Source: Eledone cirrhosa (taxonomy: Eukaryota). Taken from it: a stretch of DNA of 64,000 nt. Below the pieces are notes generated by a model that saw only the letters and a list, made by a program, of their open reading frames with translations, did not search any database and was not told where the DNA came from. Each line of letters opens with the position of its first letter. Within the stretch, counting starts at the first letter, position 1. The stretch is from assembly GCA_964016885.1 (NCBI GenBank), contig OZ024756.1:34410001-34474000 (forward strand), written 5' to 3'. The position numbers were made by a program, and so were the translations under genes. Below are positions 26,587-39,220 of this stretch, piece by piece.

Positions 26587-27355
26587 CAGACAGATGAAAT
26601 GAAGAATTATGTTAGCAGGGGAAAAAATAACACTTGCAAAATAATTACAATTTCTTAAGAACGTTTGCGACAGTGTTTTGTATAGTCTGGGGCAACCATT
26701 TCTTCATCATCATCATCATCACCCATTTGTAACATTTTTTTTTGTTCTTCTTTTGGGGGGGTTTTTTTTTGTAATTCGTTCGTTTTTGGAGGTGGGGTGA
26801 AGGTGATAGATTAAAATTTTTTTTTTTTAAGTTGCTATTTTTGCTAATTTCCAAATGGTGCCAACCAAGAAGCAATGTCTATAGCTGATTTTATTTGTGG
26901 CTGTGTTATGGGGTTTAATGTAAATATTTCACTGTAAATATAAGTTGTTCAGATTTATTATAGTGAGTAAACTTTGAAAAGATAGTTGATCATCAGATCA
27001 GACAAAGCAAACAATATTTCCTTTGGTCTTTCCATTGCCCGTACTTTCTGGCAGAAAGAAGAAAGGAACCAATCAGCAGAGCTGACCAAAGAAAACAAAA
27101 TGCTTCCTTTGCTCTTTCCATTGCTGATACTATTGGTTAGCTACAACTCTTGATTGCAACAACAACAACCACCATATATATATATAGTGGTGGAACACTG
27201 GAAAGTAATATCCGTAGTGGTAGAGCACTCAGTCCAAGGGATGAGTTAGGTAGAAGTGGTTATAGCCTATAACCACGCCCATTCTGAGCTGGCTGAGGAT
27301 CCGCTAAGGTGAAACAATTGTTCTCGGTAGGGTGAACTAACTGATGTGTAACCAC

Positions 27356-27422
<67 letters not shown>

Positions 27423-27632
27423 CTTTAATTATATCTCATAAAATAATACAACTGGCTTTCCACAAAATACATATAGTTAGCACCCCAAACACTTAAATTG
27501 GGTTATACTAACATATAACCTAATGTTTGTTGAGTGAGATGGTTACCAGTCGGAGTTTAGCGTTAAGCTATCTCTGTTATTGTATTAAATATATATATAT
27601 ATATATACATTTATATATATATATATATATTT

Positions 27633-27757
27633 ATAGGAACAAGTAAGACCCCGACGACTGAGCTCAAGCCGTTTCGACGGCTAATTCTGGACTCTGAGTC
27701 CAGAATTAGCCGTCGAAACGGCTTGAGCTCAGCCGTCGGGGTCTTACTTGTTCCTAT
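27633..27757. repeat. Near-perfect palindrome (62-bp arms, 1 mismatch) containing the 3' half of a hammerhead ribozyme
   Basis: Centre T at 27695. The right arm has GAAACGGCT-TGAGCTC-AGCCGTC-GGGGTC and continues into a tail shared with the repeats at ~9505, 24930 and 58330. Confidence 0.9.
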
Positions 27758-27840
27758 TACCCACTCTACTACCCTAAGTATTGAGTACTTTGGTGCGTTA
27801 TGGTCCACCTGGTTCCTTACCACATTTCCTTCGTTATATA

Positions 27841-27895
<55 letters not shown>

Positions 27896-28351
27896 CTTCC
27901 ATATACTGTACCGATTGTATATATTTCTTCCATATACTGTACCGATTGTGTTGTTATTTCTGTTTACCTTTTACATACATATATATATATATATATATAT
28001 AAGGATGAAAGTATAAGGAAAAGAGTCTTTTTAAGAATATTTATTTATTTCCTTTACCAGTTTCACAGTTCTTGTGCTTTTCAAAGGTAAAAATGAGATG
28101 GAGGGTTTGTGGTTTGTCTCACATCTATATATATATATTGGAGTCCACCTGGTTGTGGTGGGGCTGATAATGTTGTTAGATTGAACTGGAAGTTTGACTG
28201 GTCATGGGTAGTAACCTAACCACTACCATGCTGGTCGATACACTGATCTCCACCATTCAATCGACCCTCTGAAGCGGTCATAAAACTAACTCTCTAACTA
28301 CACCTGACTTCTGTTTTCATTGTCCAAACACACACACAATAAATATATACG

Positions 28352-28382
<31 letters not shown>

Positions 28383-28622
28383 TGAAAGATAGATGTTAAA
28401 CGATGATGATATATCAGTAAAAAAAATAGCACATGGGATGGAAAACTTGTAGAAAGCTTGCCAAACAAATAGAATGTGAAACTATATGTAAGCGAGATGC
28501 CGAACCCTGGCGTATCTGGGGGGGGTCAATGCCCTGCTTCAGTACTGACTTCGTCAATGTAGATCCCTTCAACCCTTGCTAGCAGGGTAAGCAGACGTTA
28601 AACGATGATGATGATGATGATA

Positions 28623-28661
<39 letters not shown>

Positions 28662-28941
28662 TATATATATGCGTATGTGTGTATGTATATATAATTTGGA
28701 AATACAGTACAACACCTCAGTTTATTGAGTGCATCCTTTTGTCAAGGGTTGGTTTCCCTCAATATCAAATTAACAACCAGATCAACTTACTACTATTACT
28801 ACTACTACTACTACTAACAATGGTCAACATTATTTAAGGAAGTCCGTACACAATGTCTCTTTTCGTTCAGTCCATTCATTTTATATATATGTATGCGTGT
28901 AAATATATATATATATATAGAGAGAGAGAGCATGTATGTAA

Positions 28942-29013
<72 letters not shown>

Positions 29014-29127
29014 ATATATATATGTATATATGTATGTGTAAATATATTTCATTCTTGCCTTTATTTCCTGCCTCTGTTGTTACTTGAAGCGACATATATA
29101 TTACTGATACTGACCGATTGGCTTGAC

Positions 29128-29162
<35 letters not shown>

Positions 29163-29250
29163 TATATTCATACAAACATATATATATATGCATATATCAT
29201 ATATATATATACACACACACATATTCATACAAACATATATATATATATGC

Positions 29251-29287
<37 letters not shown>

Positions 29288-30321
29288 CACACACCTAACC
29301 AATTCACAAGACAAAATGTTCTGACCATAAATAATAGGTCTTACCTACTTAACAAAAGAGGTTCTTTCTCCTCTCCCCATTCCCCCACTCTCACTCTCTC
29401 TCTCTTTCTCTCTTTGACATAAGAAGACTTCCGTTGACATCAATATCTCAAAAGCTGCTTTGACCATTGGATGGTGTGGTTTTCTTTTGGTCAACGAAAA
29501 TACAGGAAACACCTCTTGTTTTCTCTCTCTCTCTTTCTCATCACTTCCCCCCTCTCTGTATCTCTCTCCTCCTCACCTCCCTCTCTCTCGCATCAGTCTC
29601 TCTTTCTCTCTCATTTTCTTATTTCTCACATCTCTCTCTGTCATCTTCCACTTCTATCTATCTGACACACACACACACACACACACTCTCTCTCTCTCTC
29701 TCTCAATATGTGTGTATATATATATACATATATATATACATATATCTCTTTCTCCAAGGAAGAACAGACCAAACTAGTAAATTGTTAGAGTAGGTCGCAT
29801 TTCATTCATAAATCTATATTTGGTTGTAAGGAAGCTAACAATCAACTGAATGATTGGGGGAAACCAGCTGTAATGGTGACAGCTTTTATTATATATATAT
29901 ATACATATAAGAATTGGCAGTATCGAGAGAGTCAGATGCCATACTTTGCAGCATAGAGTTATGGTCCTTTACGTTCTGAGTTCAACTCTGCCTTTCATCC
30001 TTACAGGGTCGATAAAATAAAGCACCAGTAATGCACTGGGGTTATGGCTGGCTTTGTGCCAAAAGTAGAAACATTATATGGTGGATTGGCAGTATCGGTA
30101 GAGGGTCGGACGCCATGCTTTGAAGCACAGTTACGGCCCTTGCCATTCTGAGTTCAAATCCCGCCGAGGTTAACTTTGCCTTTCATCCTTACGGGGTCGA
30201 TAAAATAAAGTACCAGTAATATACTGGTATAATTGCTGGCCTTGTGCCCAAAGTAGAAACAATTATATATATATAATGTCTCTACATGTATACATATATG
30301 TATATATATGTATACATGTAT

Positions 30322-30353
<32 letters not shown>

Positions 30354-30796
30354 ACACTATTACTATGAAAAACTGGAAGCTGTTGGGAGGGATTAATCAC
30401 TATCCCATTCATCATATCACCACACATACACTACATACAACCACATATACTTACACACAACACATACACCATATTCATTCACTATACCACCACACATATT
30501 CACAACATATACACCCACATACATCATACCACTTCCAGCACACAGACCACATCCAAACACTTTCAACCCCCACTCAATGAATTCATATTTGGAATCAAAG
30601 GTCAGAGGAAGTGACCTTGTCAACTAACAAGGTCACACCAATGGGAAATAGGATTTTACATAGAGAGGGATATTTTTTTTAAATACATTGTAAACACACA
30701 CATATATATATATATATATAGTTATGCATACATACATATAAATATATATATATGCACATATATATACATACATATATATACACACACATATATATT

Positions 30797-30832
<36 letters not shown>

Positions 30833-30997
30833 TATATATACATACATATATATATACACACACATATATATTCATACATATATATATATATATATATACA
30901 TATATATACACATATATATATATACACATATATTCATACATATATATATATATACATATATATACACATATATTCATGCATACATATATATATATTG

Positions 30998-31063
<66 letters not shown>

Positions 31064-31077
31064 TCATACATACATAC

Positions 31078-31463
31078 ATCATCATCATCATCATCATCAT
31101 CACCGTTTTACGTCCGTTCTTCCACGCTAGCATGGGTTAGACGGGTTGTCCTGTTGTGGGCAGTGTCTGGTCGGCTGACCATGCCTTGCTCATACAGGAA
31201 CTGATCTGGCTTGATTTCTACAGCTGGATGCCCTTCCTAACACCAACCTCATTTACAGTGAGTGCTGGGTGCTTTTTCGTGGCGCCTACACGTCCACTTT
31301 ACAGTGTGGGCTGGGTGCTTTTTTGCCGTGGCACCTCCACGACCACCTTGCGGTGGGGAGGGGGGCATATTGTTTATATGCTTCAGCATGTACCCATGGG
31401 AGGTCGGGTACCCTGTATTACTGCGTGACGCCAGAAGTCACGGTCGTGTGTCATTGACTTTGA
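31078..31463 (-). mobile_element. SINE-like element family C with RTE-type (GAT)n tail, left arm of an inverted pair
   Basis: Reverse complement of 31708-32090. Family motif GGTTGGTGTTAGGAAGGGCATCCAGCTGTAGAAA...ACCCATGCTAGC(A/G)TGGAA...(GAT)n. Confidence 0.85.
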
Positions 31464-31604
31464 GAGGTGTAGTTGGGTAAGGTCGGCTTTTATCACCTCA
31501 TCCCAAGTCATCTTGGGTCTCCACATATATATATATATTCATACATACATACATACATACATATATATATTCATACATACATACATATATATATTCATAC
31601 ATAC

Positions 31605-31678
<74 letters not shown>

Positions 31679-31707
31679 ATATATATATATATTCATACAT
31701 ACATATA

Positions 31708-32090
31708 TCAAAGGCGATGACACACGACCGTGACCTCTGGCGTCACGCAGTAATACAGAGTACCCGACCTCCCATGGGTACAAGCTGAAGCATATAGACA
31801 ATATGCCCCCACACACCCCACTGCAAGGTGGTCGTGGAGGTGCCATGGAAAAAAAGCACCCAGCCCACAATGTAAAGTGGACGTGTAGGCGCCACGAAAA
31901 AGCACCCACCACTCACTGTAAATGAGGTTGGTGTTAGGAAGGGCATCCAGCTGTAGAAATCAAGCCTAATCAGTTCCTGTATGAGCAAGGCATGGTCAGC
32001 CGACCAGACACTGCCCACAACAGAACAACCCGTCTAACCCATGCTAGCGTGGAAGAACGGACATAAAACGGTGATGATGATGATGATGAT
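31708..32090 (+). mobile_element. SINE-like element family C, right arm of the inverted pair
   Basis: As above. Other copies at ~1350-1447, 5140-5360, 6250-6465, 25075-25215, 45670-46090 (-) and 49700-50150 (-). Confidence 0.85.
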
Positions 32091-34329
32091 ACATATGTAT
32101 ATATATATATATATTCATGCATATGTACATATTTATATATATACACACACATATATATATATATACATACACACACCTAACCAATCCACAAGACAAAATG
32201 TTCTGACCATAAATAATAGGCCTTACCTACTTAACAATACTGGCAATATGACTATCCCCTAATATTTATATATATAGATGATAATAATTGCTTCATCCGT
32301 TGAGGTGATAGCCAGCTCATTATTCATTTCAAAATGAGGTGATGAGACACCTGTTCATCATTACAGTACAGGGATTAACACATGTATGGCACGTGTGCCA
32401 CCCTCTAAGTATCCAGATTTAAATATCCAGTGACACGTGTGACAAAAAAGAACAAGAAAATAGCTACCATTAAGGCCGACTAGGCAACTGCCTAGCCCAC
32501 AGACCTCAGAGAAGCATAGTCTCCAGAAGACAGATACAGGCCTTAGAGGGGTATATTACTGAAACTTAAAAGCAGAAGCATAACTAGGGAAAATAGTGCC
32601 TATGGCAAGCAGTGAAACTGCACCCCTGCCCAGCACTGTATCTTAACCTATTGGCCTAATAATTTATATAAATGGTTTAATGATCCAGCCACCATAGTGT
32701 TCTCACTCATGATAATCAGCGGCAGATCATACATCTAAAGGAGTTTCTTTTTTCACTCTCCAACAAAGCTTATTTGACTTTAATAGAATATGCTCCTAGT
32801 CCAAGAGGCACCCATGGCACTTGCTATGCTTGCTATACCCTAGTTACACCTCTGCTTAAAAGATCACAGTTTTATACAGGGCCAACACTACCATTAAGGC
32901 CCATAGACCTCAGAGAAAAGCAAACTTCAAAAGGCACATTATTGACTTTAATCCTTTTGTTACCAACCCAGCCAAAACTGACTCTGGCTCTATGAAATAA
33001 AACCATCCATTTTAAAGATTTCCAATTTAAATTAGAATCTTCCAACATAATTTTATATAAGAATCCTTACATTAAATTACTATTTTAGTAATACAATAAT
33101 TAATAATTTTAATAAATCCTTCAAAATTCTTCATTAATTAATTGAAACAAAGTGTATTTCATTAGAAATGTGGTCATGAAAGGGTTAAAGGATTACAGTT
33201 TTATACAAGTCCAGGGTTATCATTAAGTCCAACTAAACTGTCACCTAAGAAACACACCAGAGGTGCATTAATGAAACTTAAAAGATCACAGTCTCATACA
33301 AATTTGTATAAATAAATTAAATATATATTACATTTTAATCTAGAGTCACTCAAACTATCTAGCTAAGAGATGCCACAAAGTCTGTAGAGATCTTTAATCT
33401 AGATTCATTCTTCTACTCTTTAGTCACTCTTCTACTCTTTAATCAGGAGTCATCTTGAACAATCTTGAACATCTACAGAGTATATGGTCGCAAATTTTAA
33501 TGAAACAAAACTAGTGGTGGTGGTAGTGTTGATGCTGGTGGTTGTTGTTGTTGTGGTGGTGGTGGTGGTGGTGGTGGTGTTGGTTTTGATGATGGTGTTG
33601 GTGGAGGTAGTTGTGATGGAGGGGTGATATTTGTTGTTGATGGTTGTGATGATGGTGTTGGTGGTGGTTGTGATATTTGTTTTGTTGATGGTTGTGATGG
33701 TGGTAGTGGTGGTGGTGTTGATACTGTTGGTATTGGGTGGGTGATGATGGACGGATTTTGTTGTTGTTTAAGTCTAAATATATATGTAACAGTTTCAGAG
33801 AAATATATATTTACACCCAAGATTATTTTAGTTGTGTGGAGAATAATCTTAACAAACAAGCAGAGAAGAGAATATCGGTCAGATCTTAACCCTCCCCTCC
33901 TTTCCTTCACCCTCTTCCTCTCAACCTTCCTTCCACCCACACCCGCACACACCATATCACCACCCTTAACATGATTATCCAGCATCATCATCATTATCAT
34001 CATCATCCTTATTATCATCACTATAAGCATCACCCTCACCATTCTCATCATCAACGCCATCAACATCATATCCATCATCATCATCATCACCATCATCATC
34101 ATCACTTCCATCACCGCCATCATTAACACCTTGATTATCATCAACTTTCTCCTCTTCTTCTTCATCACCACCACCACCACCATCGCCACCACCGTCATCA
34201 TATCAACCCGTAAGAGATGACTAAGGAGTCTCCACCACCACCACCAGAGACAACTAATGAGCCCACACACTCACTCACACACCACCACCACTACCACCAT
34301 CACATATATTAACATGTTAAGAAACAACT

Positions 34330-34590
34330 AACCCAAGCTCTGCAGCATTTGCACTGAGGAGGGTAAACTCTACAAATATCAATTGCTCCCTAACAGGTTT
34401 GCAGTCGAGCCTATAGCAATGGAGACTTCTGGTGACCTTGGCCCTAGAGCCACCTGCCTACTCACCACTATTAGCACAGAGTTGGTTACCCAAGGTGTGA
34501 ACTTCGCGAGCTAGAATGGCTCTTCCAAAGTGTCTCCCTCACCATCCTCTGGAGAAACGCCTTCTCTATTCTGTCTGCCAGCACGTGGGC
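34330..34590 (+). mobile_element. Decayed CRE-like non-LTR retrotransposon C-terminus (restriction-like endonuclease region)
   Basis: Reads GKLYKYQLLPNRFAVEPIAMETSGDLGPRATCLLTTI, frameshift, RELEWLFQSVSLTILWRNAFSI. Compare K..KY..F.P.A.ET.G..G...QR.S..I.RGNA. Confidence 0.7.
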
Positions 34591-34606
34591 CCCCATTTGT
34601 TCATAA

Positions 34607-35022
34607 TAATTGTTTCTACTTTTGGCACAAGGCCAGCAATTCAACCCCTGGTACTTTATTTTATCGATCCCGTAAGGATGAAAAGCAAAGATAACGTCGG
34701 CAGGATTTCAACTCAGACCATAAAGGGATGTAACTCTATGCTGCAAAGCATGGCGTCCGACCCTCTACCGTTACTGCCAATCCACCACCCAATTTTCTCA
34801 TAATAATTGTTTCTATTTTAGGCACAATGCCAGCAATTTTGGGGGGAGGGGAAAGTCGATTAATCGACCCCAGTGCATTACTGGTGCTTTATTTTATCGA
34901 CCCCGTAAGGATGAAAGGCAAAGTTAACCTCAGCGGGATCTGAACTCAGACCACAAAGGGACGTAACTCTATGCTAGAAATCATAGCATCTGACCCTCTA
35001 CCGATATTGCCAATCCACCACC
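34607..35022 (-). mobile_element. Two tandem family-A SINEs
   Basis: Reverse complements of the A-family consensus at 34607-34790 and 34802-35022. Confidence 0.85.
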
Positions 35023-35428
35023 CATTTGCTATTAATAATGAGAGATGGGGAGAGCGGAAGAGACGGAGGCAGTGACAGTGGGAGTTTGGTTCCTTTGTGT
35101 TCAGACCTGGTATATATGTATCTATTTATTTACCGCAACACATGTTACAGCTAATGAACCTCCACCTCCATGTATTATAACATCCTATTCAATTTTTACT
35201 TAATCTTAAGAAAACATCATACACTATCTTGTCCAGGTTTCCCATTTTCCTTAGTATTTTCTTTGCATTTGAGGAGTATGCGGGGGTGTGTGTGTGACAC
35301 TTCTACTTTGTCATCTTCTACTTCTTTTTCTTCTTCAAGACACCCACATAGCCCTCGCTACCTCTATAGCATGATCTACCCCCTCACTTACAATTTTGTG
35401 CGCGTGTGTATAAATACATATACACCAT

Positions 35429-35490
<62 letters not shown>

Positions 35491-35573
35491 TCATCATTAT
35501 TTAACATCTGCTTATATATATATATATGATTCAAAATGGAGAGGTGTGTTGTTGCAAATAAGTATAATGAAAA

Positions 35574-35604
<31 letters not shown>

Positions 35605-35667
35605 ATTATAGTGGAGTAGTTCACTATTATCTTTGGTAATATATATATATATGTATGTATATGTATA

Positions 35668-35756
<89 letters not shown>

Positions 35757-35803
35757 ATATATATATATATGTGTGTATATATATGTGTGTATATATATAT
35801 ATA

Positions 35804-35834
<31 letters not shown>

Positions 35835-35875
35835 GTGTGTGTATATATATATATATATATATGTGTGTATATATA

Positions 35876-36004
<129 letters not shown>

Positions 36005-36005
36005 C

Positions 36006-36064
<59 letters not shown>

Positions 36065-37171
36065 TGGGTTAGTTCTAGTTCTGAATTTGGTTTATCTTAT
36101 CTTTTTTTCAGTTCAGTTGAAAAGTGGAATAAATTGGATTTACTGGGGGGATGGGGGCTGGAGGAAATGTCGAAATGAGTAACACTAGGAAACATCTTAT
36201 ATTTTCCTACATTTTCTCGAGTGTAAGATGAGATATTTTAAACTAAAATTAAGGGCAAAAACAAAATTGTGTTATATTATACTTGCGTACACGTTTTCAG
36301 AAAGGTTTACTGAACTTAGAAATGCTCAATTCAAATGGCAAAATTATAAATACGTGTTGATAAACAATTGCTTACAAATGATTTTTTGAAATATCGGCAA
36401 TATTTGTTATTTAGGAATCAGCGTAATATATACACATAAAGAAAGATGTTCTGAGAGTGCCCATCCAATCCCTATGATAGACTAGCCCCTGAAACGTTGA
36501 CTCTTTTCCTACTATACTAAGCGTTAAACTAATATATATCTTCATTGTACTGTATTGTTTTCTGTGTTTTCCGGTTACTTTTCGCACGCGCACACATACA
36601 TGCATATAAATATATATATAGTATAGAGCTGAAATTGTTTTGATTTGAATCTACACGTTTTATGAGCAGATCGATACTGGGGTTAGGTCTATCATAGCGA
36701 TAAAGGCCCCGGGCCAATCATATGTGAAACATTCGATATGGAATAAAATCATTCTAGAGTGAAACTTCGTTATCTCATAGAACTTTTATAGGACCTTTTT
36801 ATTTTATTTAACCCGTCATTTCCACAGTTAAGCCTGTAGAGCGTGATAGTAAGGGAGACTTAGCTATTAACTCTAGCAGGTAGAGCAACCATATAAGTGA
36901 CTTGCTAAATGGTGATGTTATTGTGATGTCATCGAAAGTGTTGAAGTAAAAAAGATATCGTTGGCAATACAATGTTGAAAGATTTTACGTAAAAACGTGA
37001 TATTGCCAGATCCGCTAAATAACGACTGAACCCTATGTCCTAACAAAATCTCTGAAAGCCTCTCTTCTGTGTGTTGATGTTGGACGAGAATAATACAAAG
37101 AGAGACTGTTCTGATTTAATGTTTGTCGAAATATTTATATTGTGTATATATTTCTTCAAATTTTCTTCAAG

Positions 37172-37777
37172 ATGGACATTTTCATTGTATTTATTACGTA
37201 TTTTCTCATTTCGACTTTCTTACTATACGTGTATTCTTTTTTTTCGGGGCAGAAACGTTATCATGCCCTAGTATTTCACCTAGCAACATTTTACATCGCT
37301 ATTATCGTTTGGATTGCTTGTTTCAGTGAGTTAGTTTTCCGCGAGAAATGTAAACCAGCCATGTTGACAACACTAACATCGTTTTTTAACGAAAAAAAAA
37401 CGTGGGATTGCGTTCTTCATGAAAAACTTACGATGTATCTCTTAAAACCTCTGAATATTGAAGAAATAACTTTGCAAAAATGGTGTGTAATCGCACTATA
37501 TTTGCTCTGCATTCAGCTTGGTGGCTTTGTAATTCAGTACGATTCAGGGGAATTTCTAAGACTTGTCGATACGTTTTCAGTGGCTTATTTTATGTTCATA
37601 ATGATGGGATTTTTGTTTAACATTTTCCAAAAAGCATTTTGCCCATTGAAGACCTATGTGGGTTATCGTTTTCTGAAATATTTCAATAACCACACTGTGT
37701 CGGAAAATTATATTTGCCGCGCTTTACAACGAATGGAAACTTTAAATCCCTTTAACAGTAACCTTATTCCCAAATAA
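37172..37777 (+). CDS. Intronless 201-aa ORF, predicted ~4-TM membrane protein of unknown family
   Basis: ATG in good Kozak context (AAGATGG), 201 non-repetitive open codons in AT-rich DNA, four hydrophobic stretches, and AATAAA overlapping the TAA stop (37773-37778). Confidence 0.6.
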   Translation: MDIFIVFITYFLISTFLLYVYSFFSGQKRYHALVFHLATFYIAIIVWIACFSELVFREKCKPAMLTTLTSFFNEKKTWDCVLHEKLTMYLLKPLNIEEITLQKWCVIALYLLCIQLGGFVIQYDSGEFLRLVDTFSVAYFMFIMMGFLFNIFQKAFCPLKTYVGYRFLKYFNNHTVSENYICRALQRMETLNPFNSNLIPK

Positions 37778-37856
37778 AATACATTTTTTTTATTTATCTT
37801 TCAGCTGTGTAGTTTCATTTTTTTCGTCTTTAACAGTATAGGTCTTGTTGATGCTA

Positions 37857-37887
<31 letters not shown>

Positions 37888-37942
37888 AGTCTTGTCTGAT
37901 GATCCTGCGAGTACACAGGTGAAATTCTAAACTAACAAGACT
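37888..37942 (+). ncRNA. Type-I hammerhead-like motif with damaged stem III
   Basis: Stem I AGTCTTGT/ACAAGACT (8 bp), CTGATGA, stem II CCTG/CAGG, GAAA, ...TA. AATAAA at 37957. A related copy lies at 56353-56398. Confidence 0.6.
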
Positions 37943-37976
37943 CATCACCTAACCATAATAAAGAATATAATATACA

Positions 37977-38073
37977 CAGGGTGTCCCAAAAATGTATACA
38001 CACTTCAACAACATTCTAATAAATATTGCCTGTACAGGTAATCAAAGTGTGTATACATTTTTGGGACACCCTG
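37977..38073. mobile_element. Tc1/mariner-type MITE
   Basis: Perfect 29-bp TIRs CAGGGTGTCCCAAAAATGTATACACACTT, with TA on the right flank. Confidence 0.85.
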
Positions 38074-38600
38074 TATATGAGAAATAATAAAGAATAAAAA
38101 TTCCATTAATTTTTTTAATCGTTAATCGTTTGAATTGATCTGTACGTGTGCATGTAATGGTAGCACTGGCCTTAACGCCAGTTATATAACGACATTTTTA
38201 ATTTGATTGTTGATCAAATGTATAGTTGAATTATTGATTAGATTGGTTGGCCAGTTTATTCACTGTCTCGGTGAGTCGAGATATATGGTTGCAATAACAA
38301 AGCCGCAACTTTAATCATTTTATTAATGAATAACTTACTTGGAAGTTATTGTGGAAAACATAGGAAAAACAACAAAGAATCACAGTAGAATAATGTTAGT
38401 CTTAAAAGTTATGTCACTAACCTTTGTTGGAATCGAACGGCAGAATGACTGTCTTAGCTTGCTGGCCGAGTGAGTCTCTATTGATGAACTACATCGTTCT
38501 GATCGGGAACTTTCAATTATTTTTCTTGAGCCTGTGGTGTTCGAGACCTTCGATGGAGTTGAGCCGCTGACAGCGAAGTTGTTGTCACCGTTGGTGGCTC

Positions 38601-38910
38601 GCCTTACCGAGGTGTCAGGCGATGCCCGTGAGGGTGCTTGATTGTTTCAGCGCCTTACAGAGGTGTCATGCGATGCCCGTGAGGGTGCTTGATTGTTTCA
38701 GCGCCTTACAGAGGTGTCAGGTGATGCCCGTGAGGGTGCTTGGTTGTTTCAGCGCCTTACAGAGGTGTCAGGTGACGCCCGTGAGAGTGCTTGGTTGTTT
38801 CAGCGCCTTACAGAGGTGTCAGGTGATGCCCGTGAGGGTGCTTGGTTGTTTCAGTGTCTTACCGAGGTAGCAGGTGATGTCTGTGAGGGTGCTTGATTGT
38901 TTCAGCGCCT
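38601..38910. repeat. GC/CpG-rich 51-bp minisatellite, 6 copies
   Basis: Unit GCCTTACAGAGGTGTCAGGTGATGCCCGTGAGGGTGCTTGGTTGTTTCAGC starting at 38601, 38652, 38703, 38754, 38805 and 38856. Confidence 0.95.
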
Positions 38911-39220
38911 AAGCCTCACCACCATCCGCGGTAATGCTGCGAGCCCTTGTGATGTCGGCTGATGGTCGTGAATTGATAATTTGATGGGGGTTTTTTGTTT
39001 GTTTTTCTTGCTTTCCCCATTTTTTGTTATTTCTCTCGCTTTGATCGTATATTTTAGTATTTATAATGTTCACAGCAATAATAGAAAATTATATTTATTA
39101 TGTGTATGTATATTTGTGTTTATATTTTCATCCTGAAAGAATTGTGAACAATTTGTAATGTTATTTATACAACAGTGAATAAAAAAAAATATTTCGTGAA
39201 CTGAACCAAACTGCTTGGAC

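Noticed and set aside
33497-34270. 257-aa minus ORF and other poly-V/M/T/H ORFs (13037, 14836, 16143, 20898, 46729, 57199)
   Set aside because: Trinucleotide microsatellite (GGT/GAT/GTT) translations with no domain content.
36450-36510. Possible hammerhead upstream of the orphan ORF (GAAACGTTGA), which would make the ORF ribozyme-flanked
   Set aside because: The CUGANGA strand and stems cannot be identified; too decayed to claim.
38601-38910. CRISPR-like appearance of the 51-bp and ~40-bp arrays
   Set aside because: Units are contiguous with no unique spacers, there are no cas genes, and the context is eukaryotic.
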